A stretch of DNA of 62,974 bases, counting the filler, from Octopus bimaculoides (taxonomy: Eukaryota): assembly GCF_001194135.2 (NCBI RefSeq). It is 5 parts of 5 records of this genome, joined end to end, with 100 filler letters (N's around TTAATTAATTAA, not from the genome) between each part and the next. Parts side by side here need not be neighbours in the genome. Positions count along the whole stretch, not along the records: positions 1 to 11,918 come from NC_068985.1; positions 12,019 to 37,798 come from NC_068996.1; 3 more parts are not named here. One strand, given 5' to 3'. Position 1 is the first letter of the stretch. Every line of letters begins with the position of its first letter. The notes below the pieces were generated by a model. The model had not been told where the DNA came from. It saw only the letters and a program-made list of their open reading frames with translations, and searched no databases. A program made the position numbers and the translations under genes. Shown piece by piece: positions 1 to 13,419 of this stretch.

Positions 1-36
1 TTCTTCTTCTTCTTCTTCTTCTTCTCCTTCTTCTTC

Positions 37-68
<32 letters not shown>

Positions 69-565
69 CTACTTCTTCATCATCTTCTTCTTCTTCTTCT
101 TCTTCTTCTTCTTCTTCTTCTTCTTCTTCTTCTTCTTCTTCTTCTTCTTCTTCTTCGTCGTCGTCGTCGTCGTCGTCGTCTTCTTCTTCTTCTTCGTCGC
201 TGTTATTTCTGTTGCTACAGTTGTGATGGATGTTGCTATTGCAGTCATTGTTACTGTTTTTATTTTGGTAGTTGATGTTGTTGCTAAAGTCGCTGTTGTA
301 AATAGTTTGATTGTTTTAGTAGTTGTTACGATTGTTGTTGTTGTTTTTCTTCTTGTTCTTGTTCTTGACAATGGCTGAAGCCGTATAAACAAATTACCAG
401 AATTATCTTCCATTTCATGATCAACTCATTCATTCTTGAAGCTACTACTACAACTACTACTACTACCACCACCACCACCTCCACCACTGCTGCTGCTGCT
501 GTTACAATTTTAAGAACAACTACTACTACTGCTGTTAATATTACTACTACTATTTAAAAACAACA

Positions 566-597
<32 letters not shown>

Positions 598-788
598 ACC
601 TACTCCTACTACTACTCCTACTACTACTCCTACTACTACTCCTACTACTACTCCTACCACTACTACTCCTACTACTACTCCTACTACTCCTACTCCTACT
701 ACTACTCCTACTACTACTCCTACTCCTACTACTACTACTACTACTACTCCTCCTACTACTACTACTACTACTCCTATTACTACTACTC

Positions 789-821
<33 letters not shown>

Positions 822-822
822 T

Positions 823-866
<44 letters not shown>

Positions 867-931
867 CCCCTCCTCCTCCTCCTCCTCCTCCTACTACTAC
901 TACTACTACTCCCCCCTCCTCCTCCACCTCC
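1..931. repeat. Compound trinucleotide microsatellites (TTC)n/(GTC)n at 1-195 and (CTA)n/(CTC)n at about 430-931
   Basis: Seen directly. These explain the poly-K, poly-T and poly-V ORFs. Confidence 0.97.
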
Positions 932-1596
932 NNNNNNNNNNNNNNNNNNNNNNNNNNNNNNNNNNNNNNNNNNNNNNNNNNNNNNNNNNNNNNNNNNNNN
1001 NNNNNNNNNNNNNNNNNNNNNNNNNNNNNNNNNNNNNNNNNNNNNNNNNNNNNNNNNNNNNNNNNNNNNNNNNNNNNNNNNNNNNNNNNNNNNNNNNNNN
1101 NNNNNNNNNNNNNNNNNNNNNNNNNNNNNNNNNNNNNNNNNNNNNNNNNNNNNNNNNNNNNNNNNNNNNNNNNNNNNNNNNNNNNNNNNNNNNNNNNNNN
1201 NNNNNNNNNNNNNNNNNNNNNNNNNNNNNNNNNNNNNNNNNNNNNNNNNNNNNNNNNNNNNNNNNNNNNNNNNNNNNNNNNNNNNNNNNNNNNNNNNNNN
1301 NNNNNNNNNNNNNNNNNNNNNNNNNNNNNNNNNNNNNNNNNNNNNNNNNNNNNNNNNNNNNNNNNNNNNNNNNNNNNNNNNNNNNNNNNNNNNNNNNNNN
1401 NNNNNNNNNNNNNNNNNNNNNNNNNNNNNNNNNNNNNNNNNNNNNNNNNNNNNNNNNNNNNNNNNNNNNNNNNNNNNNNNNNNNNNNNNNNNNNNNNNNN
1501 NNNNNNNNNNNNNNNNNNNNNNNNNNNNNNNNNNNNNNNNNNNNNNNNNNNNNNNNNNNNNNNNNNNNNNNNNNNNNNNNNNNNNNNNNNNNNNNN

Positions 1597-1907
1597 ATTA
1601 ACGTGCAAGTGGCTGAGCACTCCACAGACACGTGTACCCTTAACGTAGTTCTCGGGGATATTCAGCGTGACACAGTGTGACAAGGCTGACCCTTTGAATA
1701 ACAGGTACAACAGAAACAGGAAGTAAGAGTGAGAGAAAGTTGTGGTGAAAGAGTACAGCAGGGTTCGCCACCATCCCCTGCCGGAGCCTCGTGGAGCTTT
1801 AGGTGTTTTCGCTCAATAAACACTTACAACACCCGGTCTGGGAATCGAAGCCGCGATCCTATGACCGCGAGTCCGCTGCCCTAACCACTGGGCCATTGCG
1901 CCTCCAC
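1597..1907 (-). mobile_element. tRNA-derived SINE (family C)
   Basis: Minus strand starts GTGGAGGCGCAATGGCCCAGTGGTTAGGGCAGCGGACTCGCGG...GCTTCGATTCCC with A and B boxes. The 3' end is cut by a gap. Confidence 0.85.
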
Positions 1908-2157
1908 TGACCAAAAGTAACAACTAATATAATGCTAAATGGAGGTGGTAGTGGTGGTCATGGTGGTGACGGTCGTCATTGTCGTCGTCGTGATGGTGGT
2001 GATGGTGGCATGGTAATAGCAGTGATGTTGACAGTTTTAGTAGTAGCAAATATAAATATATAAATGTCTGCGTATAAAGTTGGAAAGATAGTTTCGTGAA
2101 TCTGGGAATTTTCATTCTTGTCTACAGCACACATGCACACACGTATATATGTGTGTT

Positions 2158-2385
2158 ATTTCTTTACTACCCACAAGGGGCTACACACAGAGGGGACCAA
2201 CAAGGACAGACAAACGGATTAAGTCGATTATATCGACACCAGTGCGTAACTGGTACTTATTTAATCGACCCCGAAAGGATGAAAGGCAAAGTGGACCTCG
2301 GCGGAATTTGAACTCTGAACGTAGCGGCAGACGAAATACGGCTAAGCATTTTGCCCGGCGTGCTAACATTTCTGCCAGCTCACCG
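2158..2385 (-). mobile_element. SINE family A copy (tail type i)
   Basis: GGTGAGCTGGCAGAA head, B-box-like GAGTTCAAATTCC and core GCCTTTCATCCTTTCGGGGTCGAT..AAGTACCAG shared with many copies in the window. Confidence 0.85.
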
Positions 2386-2752
2386 TATATATGTGTGTTA
2401 GTGTGTGTGTATATTGGTGTGTGTGTNNNNNNNNNNNNNNNNNNNNNNNNNNNNNNNNNNNNNNNNNNNNNNNNNNNNNNNNNNNNNNNNNNNNNNNNNN
2501 NNNNNNNNNNNNNNNNNNNNNNNNNNNNNNNNNNNNNNNNNNNNNNNNNNNNNNNNNNNNNNNNNNNNNNNNNNNNNNNNNNNNNNNNNNNNNNNNNNNN
2601 NNNNNNNNNNNNNNNNNNNNNNNNNNNNNNNNNNNNNNNNNNNNNNNNNNNNNNNNNNNNNNNNNNNNNNNNNNNNNNNNNNNNNNNNNNNNNNNNNNNN
2701 NNNNNNNNNNNNNNNNNNNNNNNNNNNNNNNNNNNNNNNNNNNNNNNNNNNN

Positions 2753-2787
<35 letters not shown>

Positions 2788-3018
2788 TGTATATACAAAC
2801 ACATACACAAATATTCTCAAAATGACATTTTCAGTTTCTTTCATCATAACTCTTTGTCTTGATTCTTCTTCATTTTTGCATCCTTTCTTTTTCCTTCGCT
2901 TCTTTCATTCTACTTTCTTTTTATTCCAGAGTTCTTGTCGTCGTCGTCGTCGTCGTAGTTGTTCTCTGTGGTGATGGTGACAGTGGCGGTGGTGGTCTTT
3001 TTCTCCTCCTCCTCCCCC

Positions 3019-3049
<31 letters not shown>

Positions 3050-4613
3050 CTTCTTCTTCTTCTTCTTCTTCTTCTTCTTCTTCTTCTTCTCCTTCTTCTT
3101 CGTTGTTGTTATTTACTTTTTCGCTATTGCTGCTGTTTCTTCACATTTTCCATCTCTTCTTTTGTCGTATTCTCTTATCATTTCGTTCTTATCAGATTCT
3201 AACTTGTTCTTCCCCTTTCTATTTTCACTTTCTTTCTGTTCTGTCTTCTTTACTTTTTACCTTCTTTTATCTTCTTCTTCCTCTTCTATTTCATCTTCTG
3301 TCACACCGTTTTCGTCTTTCCCCTCTCTTTTATACTATCTTTCATAATTCACCGTCCATCTTAGCTGACATACCGTGTGGATTGTGTATAATATTGTAAG
3401 TTCTGCTCCATGCCCGTACGTGTATGTGTGTGTGTGAGGGGTGCGTATGTACGTAATACATATGAGCCGGTGCAGTCCTTTTGTATAGATTGTATATGTA
3501 CGCTGGCACATACACATACATACATGCATGCATGCATATATACATACATACATACATGCATACATACATACATGCATGCATGCATACATACATACATACA
3601 CACGCACTCTCTTTCTCAAACATACACACGTATTCGATTATGCATGCCGTACACTCATCTGCGTGTGTATGTGTACGCCTGACAGTATGTACGCTTGTTT
3701 GTGAGTGCTCGGGCATTTGTGTGTGTGTGTGTGTGCGCGCGTGCGCGTGTGTATACTTCTTTGACAAAAAGGGCACGTAAAAGAAAACAAGTGTTGTTGA
3801 AGGCATATGGTGGTGATGGGGGTGGTTCTGTGGGATTGAAGGAGATGGGAAATTGAGTGGTCGGTTGGATGGATGGATAACATGGGAGAAGGAAGTGCTG
3901 TTGGTGGAGATAGTGGCGGTAGANNNNNNNNNNNNNNNNNNNNNNNNNNNNNNNNNNNNNNNNNNNNNNNNNNNNNNNNNNNNNNNNNNNNNNNNNNNNN
4001 NNNNNNNNNNNNNNNNNNNNNNNNNNNNNNNNNNNNNNNNNNNNNNNNNNNNNNNNNNNNNNNNNNNGTGGTGGTGGTGGTGGTGGTGGTGTGTGAGTGG
4101 AGTGAGGTGGGGAGGGAAAGGCTAGTTGGTCTAGTAAGTGTTATGGAAACGTAACACCACTTGAGATGTCCTCTGCATTGTAATTAAAAGTTTCACATCA
4201 GACAGTAACCCGGGGTCAGTCCCTTAATAAAAGCTTTCGCAAATCGGTTGAACACCTACTAATTAATCAGTCTTTTAATGATAATTGCTTTGTCTTGGTT
4301 CACACTCTCAGTTACTCACACACACACACACACACACACAAACTCACACATAAACACACACAGACACACACAAACACACACACATACACACACACACACA
4401 CAGTCACACACACAGCACATACAACAAAAAACAATGACATACACCTTAATATTTTGTACAAACACACACACACAGTACGCATGCACGCATGTATGTATGT
4501 ATGTATGTATGTATGTATGTATGTACTATCTACGTATTACGTACGTGTGTATATATTCATTATATGCATTATGCAATATGTACCTACATTGCAAATACGG
4601 TATATATGAAATA

Positions 4614-4653
<40 letters not shown>

Positions 4654-5699
4654 TGTGTGTGTGTGCGTGCGCGCGCGCGCGTGTTATGATAAAAGAGGAA
4701 ATGTATTAGTGAAATGTAATTAACGGCAGCGAAGAGGAAATCAAAACCTCAAATAATACTGAAAATCCAAATAAATTATGAGCTGTCTATTCTGTGAAGG
4801 GAACACTATACTTGCTTGCATCTGGTGTAAATAAAACGTAAAATTTACCTAGGTAGCTATTTCTTATCTTAGTAATACTTGGTAGTTAAGTTCTAAAGTT
4901 AACAAAGAATACGATTTGAACAAATAATAATAATAAAAGTTGGTCCGTACCATTTAACATTATTTATTGTATAAAGGAAAAGTCTGATAAAAATCAAACA
5001 TTTTTCAAAACTACACTTTTAGGAAGACTTTGAGATTTGCACTGCAAAATTACGAACTACAGAAACCCCCACCACCACCGATTACATTTTTTCCTGATAG
5101 CAACTGCGTAGTCATAATTTGATGAAGTTTAATTTTTCAAGCTTAGTACTAGAGTTGCTTGTTTACATATTCAAATATCTCAATAATTATCTTTCTCATC
5201 TAAGACAGAATAGGCAAGCAGGTATGAAACTCTTACCGATAAAGAATAAAGAGTATTTCTGTCATGAGATTTAACAGGCTTCAACGTTTTAGGCTTTCAA
5301 AATCCGACCAGTTTTTTGTATTACACATCTCTGTACACGGTAGCCAGTGACGGATTTAGATTTAGTAAGAACCTAAACTTGAAGTTACTTTGATAAAAAA
5401 AAATTATGCCGGAATGTCGCATAGAAATTGGAAACGTATATGCCTTTTAAGTATTTTGAGTCCTCTACGGATTGTGAAGACCTAAACTTTAGCTTCTTTA
5501 GCTTATGCATAAACTCCACTGTTGCCAACTTAAAATTACAATTTTATGCTAAATTTCAGTAGAAAAAATACCATAAAAAATGCTAAATAAGAAAAAAATG
5601 CTAAATAAGAAAAAAATGCTAAATAATTATATCAAAAAGCTTAATTTTTATTTACTTTCTTTAATTATATTCAGCATTGAGAAATAATTTTTTGGATTT

Positions 5700-7485
5700 C
5701 ACTGATTTGATCACTTTTAGCTGTAGTGCCTAGGTCTTGACTTCTGTATATATTCAAGGTCCCAATCTTGTTAATTGTATTTTGGTATATCGAAATTTTT
5801 GCAACATTTGCCACATCTTTTCAGGCCATATTTTATAGACAATATTGATCTAAGCAGAGAAAGATACATTTTGTTTTTCAATTTTGATTTGATTACACTC
5901 ATACTACTGAACTTGTTCAACTTCTGCATTTGAGTTTAGCAATGTCAATAAATTAATGGCAAAATTTGCAACATCTCTAAAAGGATTTCCTCCAGTAGCA
6001 TCTTTATATTCCAAGACTTCCAGCCAGAATGCCTCAGTATTAGACGTATTTGTCCACTTAACTAAATGAATGCTATTAAACTGAATTTCAATTGAAGCAA
6101 TTTTTACTTCATTTAAATGCATTGCTTCTAAGACAGGTAAAATTAGCTCTTTGAAATGCTGCAAAATATTCTCTACTGAAAAACATTTGATATTCCTCAG
6201 TATATTGATATTTTCTNNNNNNNNNNGTAAAAATTGTGCTCTTTTGTGAGTATTATTTTCTTCAGTGGCTGTTACAATCTTGATAATCATTTCTGCTATC
6301 TTTCTCTCGAACCTGTAGCCTAAATTTGGTTTAGTATCCAGAAATTTTTCAATAGAAACATCAGGATCAAGAGGATCAATTCTACATGTTGGCAACACTA
6401 TCATATTAGCAACAGATTCAAACAGTTTATTCACTTCCTGAACATGTCTTAAAATTGGATGCAAAAATAAAAGCTAAAGTTCATTCCTAGAATCACAAAA
6501 CATTCCATGTAACGTTTGTGCTGTAAAGCACTTTACTTTTGTAGTAGTAATTTGGAAGTGAATTTGCAATTCAAACCATTGGCTAAAAATTCTATTTACA
6601 GCTGGTTCTATTGACGGCCACATAGTTGTACAAGAATTCACAATCTTCAAAGGCTCTTTATCAGTGATAGCAAGGTAAAGTTGTTTGTAAGCACTTTGTC
6701 TTGTTGAAGAATGAAAGAGCCATTTATAGGTTTCGGATATTAAAAATTCTAAATTTATGGGCAGGCATTTAACGCAAGTGTGGGATACTACGATACTGCC
6801 AACTCTAAAGAATGACATACACATCTAAATAGAAGTAATGATAGAACTTTTAATTTCTGGAAAACGCCGTCATTGCTCTAGCGTTGTCGGTTCCTGCCAG
6901 TAAATTTTTTATATCTAATTTCTTTTTCGCTAATTCAATTTTTAAGGCATCTACAATGCCATCTGCATCACATATTTCTGAAGATACCATACTGAGATAT
7001 GTATGCACCACTTTTTTGTGAGTGTCACTGTAATATATGATAACAAATCCTAACAATTTGTTTATCGATATATCATTGGTTTCATCTAATAACAGGTTAA
7101 ATTTTCTATCTTCTATATTAGAAATCAAATCGTCATCAAAATATGGAGCTACAACATTTCTCACAATATTTGCACATTTGTACGATACAACTTCACTTTG
7201 GACATAATATCACAATCAGACATATAATTCTTACATAACTCTATTAAGTGATCACAGTTATTAAATGATGAGTGGCAACAAATAAACATTGCTAAATTTG
7301 CTTCAAACATAGATGTCTTATCATTTTTGGTTTTAATAAAATTGGTAAGAGGAATCATTTGCTGTGGAGTTGATGCCTTATGTTTCTTTGCTTCACAGTG
7401 GCTTACTAAAAGAGAATATTTTGCCAACATATTACATCTACAATATCTGCAATGTGCTTTAGATTGGTCACTAGGTACTTCATAC
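5700..7485 (-). mobile_element. Decayed hAT-superfamily transposase
   Basis: Frameshifted fragments KFNLLLDETNDIS, MWPSIEPAVNRI (RWLS-like) and FAINLLTLLNSNAEVEQV (C-terminal dimerisation SNAxxERxFS-like). The 5' end is lost in the gap at 7486. Confidence 0.85.
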
Positions 7486-8668
7486 NNNNNNNNNNNNNNN
7501 NNNNNNNNNNNNNNNNNNNNNNNNNNNNNNNNNNNNNNNNNNNNNNNNNNNNNNNNNNNNNNNNNNNNNNNNNNNNNNNNNNNNNNNNNNNNNNNNNNNN
7601 NNNNNNNNNNNNNNNNNNNNNNNNNNNNNNNNNNNNNNNNNNNNNNNNNNNNNNNNNNNNNNNNNNNNNNNNNNNNNNNNNNNNNNNNNNNNNNNNNNNN
7701 NNNNNNNNNNNNNNNNNNNNNNNNNNNNNNNNNNNNNNNNNNNNNNNNNNNNNNNNNNNNNNNNNNNNNNNNNNNNNNNNNNNNNNNNNNNNNNNNNNNN
7801 NNNNNNNNNNNNNNNNNNNNNNNNNNNNNNNNNNNNNNNNNNNNNNNNNNNNNNNNNNNNNNNNNNNNNNNNNNNNNNNNNNNNNNNNNNNNNNNNNNNN
7901 NNNNNNNNNNNNNNNNNNNNNNNNNNNNNNNNNNNNNNNNNNNNNNNNNNNNNNNNNNNNNNNNACCCCCGTACTTCTACACAAGATATATAATCCAAAA
8001 CAAGCATGAAAAAACACAGGCCTATTTTAAAACAGTCAAACTGAAAGTAAATCAGTCAACCTGTCATGATAAAAACTCATCACTACAGAATAGAGCATTG
8101 TTAGGATGAATTTCTATACTTTCACTCTTTGCAACATATTTACATTATTGTGTAGGGAGTTCAGGTACTGCCATGAGTTATCTTTTCCCCCTCGCTTCAC
8201 TGTATCCAAGCATGGAGAAGGGGGCTGGAAAAGTTCATAACTTGATAAACTTCCTTTTGATAAACTTTCATTTGAAGTTTCATGAAAATGAAAGAAAAAT
8301 TCAACAATAGCCGATAATACTAAAACTTGGCTGTAAAATACTTTAACGAAAGTAGGAAAGGAGGAAAAAGAAGAAAAAAGGATAACTATTGTGTAAATAT
8401 CATGATCAGAGAAAAATGCTAAATATAATTTTAAACTTGCTATTTTCCCTGCAAAAGGCTAGATTCAGAATTTCCTGCTGAATGCTGAAGTCAAATGCTA
8501 GATCTAGCATAAAATATACTAAATTGACAACCATTAAACTCACTAGTGACGGGAGCACACATACACACATAACGCCAAGGTATAAATATGTTTTCCTGTT
8601 ACATTTTGAAAAATTCTTTCAAAACTCCCCCAACCTTTTCTCTAATTCTCTTTTTCTCCCCGTCACCG

Positions 8669-8723
<55 letters not shown>

Positions 8724-8819
8724 CTCTTTCGTTGCTCACACGTGACCATCGTCCATCTTCCTTTTCCTCACGTGATCATCTTTCTTTTCCTTCAGGACTG
8801 TCCTAAGGACAGGATGTAT

Positions 8820-8883
<64 letters not shown>

Positions 8884-9354
8884 TCTCACTTCTATCTTTT
8901 CTCTTTTCAAAGAAAATATTTCTCCAGCGTTCGCTGTTTTCCCCTCGTTCTGGTCTAACGACCATCCATGCTTGTTTTCGTTCGGTTTCCCTGTATGTCT
9001 CCACTGTCCTGTTCTTGTTCCCAACTTTGACTCTCCATAAATCCAAAATTTAATTTTGGTACTTGTAGGAGCAACTATCTTCGAAGACTCATATTGTCGT
9101 TCAATGCTCGAAATGAGGAGTAGGTAGACAGCCGACAACTGATGAAGAGTCGTTCTTTGTGTTACTTGTCCTTTTTTCCATTTGCTTCTCTCGTTGTTTG
9201 CGTATTGAACCCATTTGTTTTCGTATTTCATGTTGTTTACTGTTGGTGACGTCCTGTACCCATATATGCATATGTATGCATATATATATATATATATATA
9301 TCATTTATATTATTATTTGATTGAACGCCACGCATCTATTTCCAAGTGAGTTTA

Positions 9355-9401
<47 letters not shown>

Positions 9402-11158
9402 GAACAGGTGTGGGTGTGGTAAGAAGCTTGCTTCCCAACCACATGGTTCCCGGTTAAGTTTCACAGTAACACTTTGGGCAAATGTCTTCTACTATAGCCA
9501 CGGGTCAAGGCACGTATACACACACGCACACACATTACAGATTACAAATGTGTATGTACATAGAGAAAGAGGGAAAGCGACAGGAATGGGTGGGAGAGAG
9601 AGAGAGAGGGGGGAGAGAAAGAGAGAGAGAAAGAGACCAAAACAACGAGAGTAGGAGAGGAAGGGTGAGAGAGAGAGTGAGAGAGAGAGAGAGATTAATA
9701 TAATTTTGAGGCTGGTCTTTGTTAACGTATTCCAGCAAACTCGAAACGTTAACATCGTTTACATAAGCTGTTGATGTCCGAATAATCTCTTAGAGGTCAC
9801 AAATTAAAAACCAAATACTAACCAATCAAACACTAAATTTGAAACTGTTTTTACGTGCATTATTAACATTAAAAATTGAAACATTGGTATTAGCATTGGC
9901 CATGTGTTGAACTAAGCTTGTATGAGACATCAAATGTAGGGAGTACTGATATTATTTCGGAAGTTCTTTTAGGTGTGTAAATTTGAAAGCAATTAGAAAT
10001 TGCCTGCTATCGAGTGTATTACCAGAAAATATTATTAATAAGATAGAAAACGTAAATTGTGTGGAATATTACCCTTGTGACAGCAATGTTTAGGTTAGGT
10101 ACCTAATTAGAGAAATCAGTCTAATCACCCTAAAGCAGTTCCTGCTTATAAAGTATAACTGGGGAATCAAGTGAATAGCGTGTCTTATTGTGAGAGCTGC
10201 AGAATGGGTTAGATTAGAGCGTAGGGAGGTTTAGCGAATCGGAAGTTTGTTTATTGAAAGAAAAGCATTCTGAAGATAGGAGTTGTGTATTATTAGATAC
10301 AGACCCTGAAGGTGAAAGTACCTAATGAGTAATTTAACGAAGACTTGAAAGACGATTTGAAGTGCAACGATTTTATTAAAAAGAAAACTTTCAGAAATAA
10401 GATGCTTCATATTATCTAATGCAATCAGTTAATGTTGCTGTTATTGTTGTTGTTGTTGCTGCTGCTGCCGTTGCTTTTTAGCCCCAGGTTAGCCTAAATG
10501 ACTAGACCTATGGTGAAAGGCAATCCAATGATTACTGCCTCTGTTTTCTAACAATGTGTACAGCAAACTACATTATCCGATATGTCTGTTTTTAAATTTG
10601 ATACAGTATGGTGTAATTTAAGAGAGATTTAGTTTCTATTTTCAGTAAGTAAAGCGATCAGAAAGAAGCTACTCCATTGGCCCGAATAATTTCATGCATA
10701 ATTTTTTATGACTAAGTAACCCAGTTATTTGCAAGTATCAACCTAATTCAAGTCCAGAACATTCAACTTGCGGCAACGAGAAATATCCACGGAAAAATAG
10801 AGTGAAAACAAAAAACAAAAAGACGCACACCAATGCCATATCTACACCAAACACACCCAAAGCGACGGCAACAAATACACCATTACTATCACAACCTCCA
10901 CCAACAGTCATAAGAATAAAAAGGACAAACTCAACAGCAAACACCCAAGCACAACAGCAGACAAACACAAAACCCCAACAATACCAACTAAATGCACAAC
11001 TTCAGTGACAACGACAGCAAAACGTTTATTTACATTTTGTTTCCATGCAAAAGGCCTCGTTTTTGTGTGAAACCTGATGGCGAATGAAATCCATCCGCTC
11101 TTACCCTTCCACTTCTTCTTCATGATCGTTATTATTATTATCACCATTATTATTATTA

Positions 11159-11375
11159 AGGCAGCGAGCTGGTAGAATCGTTAGCATGCCGGACGAAATG
11201 CTTAGCGGTATTTCGTCTGCCGCTACGTTCTGAGTTAAATTCCGCCGCTGTCAATTTGGCCTTTCATCCCTTCAGGGTCGATAAATTAAGTACCAGTAGA
11301 GTACTGAGGGTCAATGTAATCGACCATCATCCTCTCCCAAATTTCAAGCTTTGTATCTATAGTAGAAAAGATTAT
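11159..11375 (+). mobile_element. SINE family A copy
   Basis: Same head and core as the other family A copies, with an (ATT)n-like tail. Confidence 0.85.
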
Positions 11376-11616
11376 TATATTATTCAGTAGTGTTGTGGTG
11401 CTCTTATTTCCACTGTATTGAAAGTGTTTTACGTAGGATGTGTGCGGTGCCTAGTAGTGCTATTTTCTGTATGTTATATATACTTGTAAGTCCTGGTGTT
11501 TTTGTTATGTATTTGTTTGAATGTCTTTTTTTTATCATACCTAATGCGCCTACTATATAAAAAGAATTGTTCCTGTTTTTAGGCTCCACATTCGAGTTAC
11601 CTCTATTTCCAGATCT
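11375..11616 (-). mobile_element. 3' fragment of a restriction-endonuclease-type LINE (R4/Dong-like)
   Basis: DLEIEVTRMWSL, then after a frameshift IVGALGMIKK...IQKIALLGTAHILRKTLSI, the typical C-terminus of RLE-clade LINEs. Confidence 0.8.
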
Positions 11617-11640
11617 TTATTATTATAATTATAATTATTA

Positions 11641-11918
11641 AGGCGGTGAGCTGGCAGAATCGTTAGCACGCCTGGCGAAATACTTAGCGTTATTTCGCCC
11701 GTCGCTACGTTCTGAGCTCAAATTCCGCCGAGGTCGACTTTACCTTTCATCCTTTCGGGGTCGATTAATTAAGTTTCAGTTGCGTACTGGAGTCGATCTA
11801 ATTGACAAGCCCCATCCATCAAAATTTCAGGCCTTGTGCCTATAGAAGAAAAGCTTATTATTATAATTACAAAGGCGGCGAGCTAGCAGAATCGTTAGCA
11901 CGCTAGACAAACTGCTTA
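11641..11918 (+). mobile_element. Two tandem SINE family A copies (second truncated by the spacer)
   Basis: AGGCGGTGAGCTGGCAGAATCGTTAGCACG at 11641 and AGGCGGCGAGCTAGCAGAATCGTTAGCACG at about 11874. Confidence 0.85.
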
Positions 11919-12018
11919 NNNNNNNNNNNNNNNNNNNNNNNNNNNNNNNNNNNNNNNNNNNNTTAATTAATTAANNNNNNNNNNNNNNNNNNNNNNNNNN
12001 NNNNNNNNNNNNNNNNNN
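11919..12018. other. Synthetic scaffold-join spacer
   Basis: 44 N + TTAATTAATTAA + 44 N = 100 nt. Confidence 0.95.
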
Positions 12019-12133
12019 ACACAAATATAAATGGCCCCAATGTCAAAAAGTCACTGTCACTACCACCATCATCACCACTATCATTGCCATCATCACACTA
12101 CTACCACCATCATCATCACCATCATCATTATTA

Positions 12134-13419
12134 TTGGGTCATCCCATAAATAATGCAATTTTTTTTAATACTTCTTTTATTTTTCAAAATTAAGATAAAC
12201 AAAGTTCTTTTTTAATCTAAAATATACTCTCCTTCATTTTCTACATTGTTCTTCTATCTCTCTGGTAGACTTGTAAGGCCCCTTTTCCAAAATTCACTTG
12301 TCCACGATGAAGAATACTCCTCCAGTACTGTTCTGACCTCCTCTACAAAATTCATTTTTTCCTGTCCAAATGATTTTGAAGACTGAGGAATGAATGATAA
12401 TCAGATGGGGCAATGTCCAGGAAATATGGTGGGTGGGGTATCATTTCCCATTGAAACTGCTCCAACCTTTGGAATGTCATCCATGCTGTATGTTGCTGAG
12501 CATTATCCTGATGGAAGAACACCTTTTGTCTTGAAGCCAAAGATGGTCGTTTTTCTTCTAGCACTGACTTAAGTTGTTCAAGCTGCTCACAGTAGATCTC
12601 CTTTGTTATCATTTGGTTTAGGTTTAAAAGTTCAAAGTGGACTAAACCTTTCATATCTCACCAAACATAACACCTTACATGGGTGAAGACCTTCTTTAGC
12701 CTGGTATTTTTCCTTTCCTTACCCACTGTTTTTGGTGCTTGACATTTTTATAGAGAACTCATTTCTCATCAGCAGTCATTATTCAGTCCAAAAAAAAAAA
12801 AAGGTTCATTTGTGGGACGTGACAGCAAAGAAGAGCACACATTCTCCCTCTGTACACAATGAGACTCAGAAAGTTTGTGAAGAATGCATTGATCCAGTTT
12901 GCTGATTTTTTTCGATGGCACACCGGTGTCGATGAATGGTTGAATGACCAAATCCAAGCTTCTCTGCTAGTTCCTCAACAGTTACAATGGGATTTTGTTC
13001 CACCAAGGTTTGCAGGACATCCTTGTCAAGCTCTACAGATCTTCCTAGACAAGGTTCATCTTCTAAGCTGTAGTTTCCAGCCTGGAATTTCTGGAACCAC
13101 TATTGACACTGGTTTACGCTTATTGTCCAATCCCCATATACTGCATCAATGTTCCTTGTGCTTTTCATTGCACTGTTGCCTTTATTGAACTCGTAAACCA
13201 AAATATGCCAAATATGCTCCTTTGTCACTTTCACTATAGCTTTGAAAAAAATAACTGTTAAAATCCAACTGCATTCTTTAAAAACTTGCATTAAGAATAA
13301 AGACGAGGTAAAATTACTACCTGCTTTTATAGCAAGTTGATGCAGGTAATTTATCCTGTTCCCCTCCAACTTTTAGTTCATGCAATTGAAAAAACTGCAT
13401 TATTTATGGGATGACCCAA
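12134..13419 (-). mobile_element. Full-length decayed mariner transposon
   Basis: TIRs TTGGGTCATCCCATAAATAATGC at 12134 and its reverse complement ending at 13419, with flanking TA on both sides. Transposase fragments include HQDNA, DIAPSDY, and CILHKL for WVPHEL. Several stops and frameshifts. Confidence 0.95.

Noticed and set aside
69-1710. Long ORFs with poly-K, poly-T and poly-V (likewise the YI, CV, HT, SL and poly-S/M ORFs across the window)
   Set aside because: They are translations of microsatellites and N runs, with no domain content or splice support.
5345-5521. hAT-type MITE (CAGTGACGGATTTA...TAAACTCCACTG)
   Set aside because: The TIR match is short and imperfect and there is no 8-bp TSD.
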